In this document: positions 59,805 to 64,000 of the stretch, piece by piece | Layout: each line of letters begins with the position of its first letter | Numbering within the stretch: position 1 is the first letter of the stretch | NCBI GenBank assembly: GCA_964389675.1 | Contig: CAYMEV010000001.1 | Location: 62,001 to 126,000 of the forward strand | Length of the DNA: 64,000 nt | Source: an uncultured Candidatus Sumerlaeota bacterium | GTDB taxonomy: Bacteria > CAYMEV01 | Direction of reading: 5' to 3' | Notes under the pieces: generated by a model | The model's input: only the letters and a program-made list of their open reading frames with translations | Databases searched by the model: none | Told to the model about the DNA's origin: nothing | Position numbers and translations under genes: made by a program

Positions 59805-61043
59805 TTATTTTACAGCTTTCCTGATTACCTGGTCATATACTTTTATAATATCTTTATAATATCTCTCCCTGCTGAATTTTTCAGACACGGTCTTTACAGC
59901 ATTATCTGATAAAAGCCTGTATATCTCATCAGTGATACTGGCTGTTTTTTCAATAGCTGATGAAAGCGATCTTTTATCACCGGGCTTGAAGAGATAACCG
60001 TTAAAACCATCCTTTATTATTTCCGGTATTCCGCCAATATCTGCACCAATAGCTGGCTTTCCGGATGCCATGGCCTCTATGAGCGACATGGGATTATTCT
60101 CATACCATTCAGACGGTATGACAAGAAATCCCGCCTCCCTTACCAGTTTTTTCAGCAGGTCAGATCTGACATACCCGAGGACTTCAATGTTTTTTATATT
60201 GTCCCGGCTGATCCTTCCTTTTACCATGCCCATAAGAGGGCCATCCCCCGCTATCTTCAAGCTCAAATTGCCGAAATCACGGAATGCATCAATAAGGGTC
60301 AATAAGCCCTTTTCCTTTGAAATCCTTCCAGCATAAAGGTAGTATTTGCCGCGGGTGCTGACTGGCTTATATTGATTTATATCCACAAAGTTATTTATGA
60401 CCTTTGTCTTTTCAGTCATCTGCTTCCTGTACTGCAGGTGCTTCTTCATTATAAAACTGCTGGGCATGATGAACATATCAATATTCTTTTCATATGAAAA
60501 GAAAAGGTCCCTTATATAGGATTCCAATGACTGTAATATGCTGTAAGGGATATTCCCTTTACAGCATTTACTGGTTATGCAGTGAAAATAGCCCTTATTA
60601 CAGCATTTTTCACATATATTGCCCTTATTATCCAGAAGTGAATAGACAGGGCAAAGCATCTTGTATTCGTGAACTGTCATCACAATGGGAATGCCATGTT
60701 TCCTGATTACCGGGATGATTGAAGATGTCAGCCTTCCGTAAAATATATGCAGATGCACGATATCAGGCCTAAAGTCATAAAGAAGCTTGTCAAGCTTCTT
60801 CCTGCTCTCGCTGGAAAAGATAAATCTGAAGCCTTTTCCCAATCCGGAAAGTAAACCCTGGTTATTGTAGCTGACCGGCCTGATGAAATAATTGCTGTAA
60901 CTGCTTCCAGGGGATTCAGGATCGCTTACGCTGAAACTTGCAACATCATGCCCCTTATCCTCAAGAAGGTTTATGGTGTCAAGATAGACCCTTTCAGAAC
61001 CTCCCTTTATATAGTGGTAATTATTTGCCTGAAGAATCTTCAT
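59805..61043 (-). CDS. GT4 glycosyltransferase
   Basis: KGGSERV, PDIVHLH, YAGRISKEKG, PSEWYENNPMSLIEAM. Confidence 0.92.
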   Translation of the reverse strand: MKILQANNYHYIKGGSERVYLDTINLLEDKGHDVASFSVSDPESPGSSYSNYFIRPVSYNNQGLLSGLGKGFRFIFSSESRKKLDKLLYDFRPDIVHLHIFYGRLTSSIIPVIRKHGIPIVMTVHEYKMLCPVYSLLDNKGNICEKCCNKGYFHCITSKCCKGNIPYSILQSLESYIRDLFFSYEKNIDMFIMPSSFIMKKHLQYRKQMTEKTKVINNFVDINQYKPVSTRGKYYLYAGRISKEKGLLTLIDAFRDFGNLSLKIAGDGPLMGMVKGRISRDNIKNIEVLGYVRSDLLKKLVREAGFLVIPSEWYENNPMSLIEAMASGKPAIGADIGGIPEIIKDGFNGYLFKPGDKRSLSSAIEKTASITDEIYRLLSDNAVKTVSEKFSRERYYKDIIKVYDQVIRKAVK

Positions 61044-61096
61044 AATGTTCTATTTTTCCCCGGAAGCCGGGCCTAAGCCGACTTCCGTACTCAATA

Positions 61097-64000
61097 TCAG
61101 TTATAAACCATCCTTATCTTCCATGTCTCTGAGCCTGAACCTGCATAAACTGCCTCAAGTATATAAAAAAACGGTCTCCCCGCAACTATCAAATCACTGT
61201 ACTGATAGTCAAAAGGCTCTGAAGGGCCTCCCTGACCTGGAAGCAATGATGAATTAAGCTTTACAGGGGGATAGGAAACAAAAGGACTGACCTTTCTTGC
61301 AGACTGCCTGTAGATATTCCACCCCAGAAGGTCAACCTCTGACAGGGTTCCCCAGGAAATGCTGACCTGTGATCCTGAAGCTTCAGCTGTAAAATAATCA
61401 AGTTCCACGCCCTCAGGAGGATTATCCAGGGTAATGATTATCTCCATATTAATTATACTGCTTAGTGAATAGACTGAAGGCGAGTTGCCGGATGCCCAAT
61501 CCAGCGGGTCACCATTATAGGAATCCGTATAGGCATATATTGACCTTTTATTCGATGTCGAACTCCAGTAGCACTCGCCATACTCATATGTCCATGAAGA
61601 ATTGTTAAAGGAGAGGTCAACCATAAGGTTATCTGTGCCGTTATATTCAAAAGGAGTTGAGAAGATAAACTCTACCCATCCTGTCTGTGATATGGTTTCA
61701 TTATTCTGATATACTACAGTCCAGCCGGTACTCTCAAATACAGCACTTGTGTCATAATCCTGCTTTGAAGTATGTTTAAGCCTTATTGTCCAGTTATTGA
61801 GCACCATCCCTGGCAGCTCAGCCACATAAATGCTTAAGGCATGCATTGTACTGGGAAAGCCTCCAAGCTCAGATGCCCGGTAGATTACCTGTGTCCTGTT
61901 ATCATGATAGTAGGTGTATAATGGGGCATAATCCACAGTGGAGTTACCACTGCCAATACTCAGTATATTTTCTGATGTAATCCTCATATCAAAATCAAAA
62001 GTCCCGCTTCCCAGGGTACATGTCCAGTCAAGTGTGAACTGAACATTAGTGCCATGAGGGCAATCCCCTGAGATCTGTATCTTATAGGGGGAATTATTAT
62101 AAGCGTTTCCTCCTGAAGGGATACTGGGATAGTCTGAGTTATCCTGGAGGATGGTCACATATTGCGAGTCTGAAGATAGAACCCCGTTCAGGTTAATAGC
62201 GGCCTGGTTACCAAGGTTTTTCAGATTAATATCCAGGTCAAAGGTTTCCCCTATATTTGGAAGTCCATTATTATTCCCTTCGCTGTCATCGATACTGAAA
62301 TTATTATAAACCGGATGCGGGCCTTCTATCAGCACTGATGTATTTGCTTCAATGGATGGGTCCCCAAGAAGATTATGGCAGAAATGCACCCACCTGAATG
62401 AATAATCTGAATTTGCAGTCCCGACAAGCTGCACTTTGGATTGTGTAAATGCAGCACCGATATTATGCTGATATGTATCTTCGAGCACATACCTGAATAT
62501 CCAGTCATCATAGGAAAAAGATGGCCCGTGCTGATCATGGGCATATGTTCCTATACCATACCTTGAGGCACCTATATATATCACTGAGCCCCCGTTTGCA
62601 TTACGCACAAAAGCCTCCCCCATGCATGGATCGGAAGGGCTTGAGACCTCCGGGTCAAAGGCATTTGATGTACAGGCTATTGTAATTATAATTCCGGGGG
62701 TATTGTCTAAGGCAAGGGCATCACTCGAGTAAAAGTCAGCCCCTGACTCCATGCCCCAGACTGTGACACCGCCGTGGGTAGCCATGTGAAAAAGGTTCAT
62801 ACCCTGGTTGAGCAGGTTTGAGAGAGTCGAAACCGAAACAGTTGTAACAGAATCATAAAGTGTGTACTTATTATGGACCGGCCAGTATGGCTGTATAAAT
62901 TCACTGTACATCATCTCGCTTTTTGCTTCAGCATCCCCGCTTGTCCAGAGCATAACCCCGCTTAACAGCATATTTTCTGCAAATTCCGGGAGATGTACTG
63001 ATTCATTATATTCATCTACCTTGCTTAAATAATCAAGTATCTGCTGCTGGGTCCTCACTGCAAGCCTTCCAATAATTACATCAGGTGAAATATCAGCATT
63101 ATCCACATTCATCTCACCCAGCCTGCCGTCATTATCTGCATCCCAGTCAAACTGGCTGTCAAAACAGGTGTAGAAAACATCACCAGGCAATGTATTATCA
63201 GATTCCTTCTTAAAATCCAAATATCCATATACATTCTGGTCCGGAACGCTGTATGTCGAATTATCCCCTCCATCGCCTACAAGAAAGACATATGTAATAT
63301 TATTGTTCTGGACATACTGGGATATGCAGTTCTTGATCTTCAGCTGGACTGTTTCACCGGAATAGGAAGAGCTGATATCAGATACGGTCAGGATAACACT
63401 GCTTATTCCCGACTCCTCCCTGAAGGAAGCATATGTTTCAACTGCAGGCTTTAAGGAATCAGTGGTTATAATAAGCATATCATAATCAGTAGCTTTTCTG
63501 TTAAGGTCCAGTTTAGAGGGATAAAAAAGCTCAAGATCCTCCGGATTCTCGACCAAAGACCTTACCATGCCGTTAAAGACACTATTTCCCCTGTACTTTG
63601 CCAGTTCCTTTTCATCCGCATATTCAAGGAAAATTTCAAAGCCAAGGTCCTTGTAAAGGTAAAGTTCATCAGCTGATGTATCATATTCAAATGGGCAGTA
63701 TGCAAAATAAAGCACATTGAATCCCCTTATCCTGCCGGTTGATTGCAGGATTATCCTCTCAGACGGATATACAAGCCCGCTGCCGTATACTCCCTTATTC
63801 GGCTGAATAAAGTTCCGCCCTGGTTTTGATATAATTTCATAACCCTGGAAGGGATACGGGGCAAACCTGCCGATAAAGGACCGTTCAGATTCATTTGCAG
63901 TTATACCTGAAACAGAAGTATTTTCAGGAATCAGGACCCTTAGCATAAATGCAGGAAGGTCAGGGTCCCCTTCTCTGGCAAAAGAAAACGCATTAATATC
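61097..64000 (-). CDS. Protease H: C25 gingipain-like (third type) + linker L2 + Y-domain + tail T1; 5' end outside window
   Basis: Frame is open from 64000 (DINAFSFAREGDPDLPAFMLRVLIP, propeptide motif); YVFLVGD, IIGRL, ATHG, TIAC, NLLGDP; NNNGLPNIGE; YTYYHDNRTQ; GVELDYF tail. Confidence 0.9.
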   Translation of the reverse strand, partial: DINAFSFAREGDPDLPAFMLRVLIPENTSVSGITANESERSFIGRFAPYPFQGYEIISKPGRNFIQPNKGVYGSGLVYPSERIILQSTGRIRGFNVLYFAYCPFEYDTSADELYLYKDLGFEIFLEYADEKELAKYRGNSVFNGMVRSLVENPEDLELFYPSKLDLNRKATDYDMLIITTDSLKPAVETYASFREESGISSVILTVSDISSSYSGETVQLKIKNCISQYVQNNNITYVFLVGDGGDNSTYSVPDQNVYGYLDFKKESDNTLPGDVFYTCFDSQFDWDADNDGRLGEMNVDNADISPDVIIGRLAVRTQQQILDYLSKVDEYNESVHLPEFAENMLLSGVMLWTSGDAEAKSEMMYSEFIQPYWPVHNKYTLYDSVTTVSVSTLSNLLNQGMNLFHMATHGGVTVWGMESGADFYSSDALALDNTPGIIITIACTSNAFDPEVSSPSDPCMGEAFVRNANGGSVIYIGASRYGIGTYAHDQHGPSFSYDDWIFRYVLEDTYQHNIGAAFTQSKVQLVGTANSDYSFRWVHFCHNLLGDPSIEANTSVLIEGPHPVYNNFSIDDSEGNNNGLPNIGETFDLDINLKNLGNQAAINLNGVLSSDSQYVTILQDNSDYPSIPSGGNAYNNSPYKIQISGDCPHGTNVQFTLDWTCTLGSGTFDFDMRITSENILSIGSGNSTVDYAPLYTYYHDNRTQVIYRASELGGFPSTMHALSIYVAELPGMVLNNWTIRLKHTSKQDYDTSAVFESTGWTVVYQNNETISQTGWVEFIFSTPFEYNGTDNLMVDLSFNNSSWTYEYGECYWSSTSNKRSIYAYTDSYNGDPLDWASGNSPSVYSLSSIINMEIIITLDNPPEGVELDYFTAEASGSQVSISWGTLSEVDLLGWNIYRQSARKVSPFVSYPPVKLNSSLLPGQGGPSEPFDYQYSDLIVAGRPFFYILEAVYAGSGSETWKIRMVYN

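Noticed and set aside
63944-63946. ATG 63946 as the start of protease H
   Set aside because: Frame is open to the window edge, includes the propeptide motif GDPDLP upstream, and no signal peptide follows this Met.

Overview
AT-rich chromosomal window from a diderm bacterium (LptE present; one 100-N scaffold gap suggests a draft or metagenome-type assembly). Left third (1-22.6 kb): an in-frame NifS/selenocysteine-lyase-SelD fusion that runs off the left edge, a rhodanese + MauE/DoxX pair, an MCP-less and CheB-less chemosensory operon (cheA-ExeA ATPase-cheW-HEAT-cheR-cheY-lptE), a cNMP-domain histidine kinase, and housekeeping or redox genes (acyP, apt, tRNA-Arg(CCT), glgA, glutaredoxin, FTR-rubredoxin, CDF). 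The most striking element is a co-oriented array of seven large secreted peptidase genes (A-G, 22.6-46.2 kb) plus an eighth (H) at the right edge. They are built combinatorially. Catalytic heads are M28, M14 carboxypeptidase, Rgp-like C25, Kgp-like C25 and a third C25 type. These join through two alternative linker modules and a shared 'YTYY(H/E)DNRTQ' domain to three alternative C-terminal tails. No Bacteroidota-type T9SS C-terminal domain is evident. The array holds an apparently perfect 2,346-bp direct repeat that spans a gene junction. Only proteins with the beta-propeller tail carry Lys-containing loops at homologous positions. A Wzx/Wzy polysaccharide locus (46.5-61.0 kb) lies between the array and the eighth protease gene. 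No CRISPR array, rRNA, transposase or integrase was seen.
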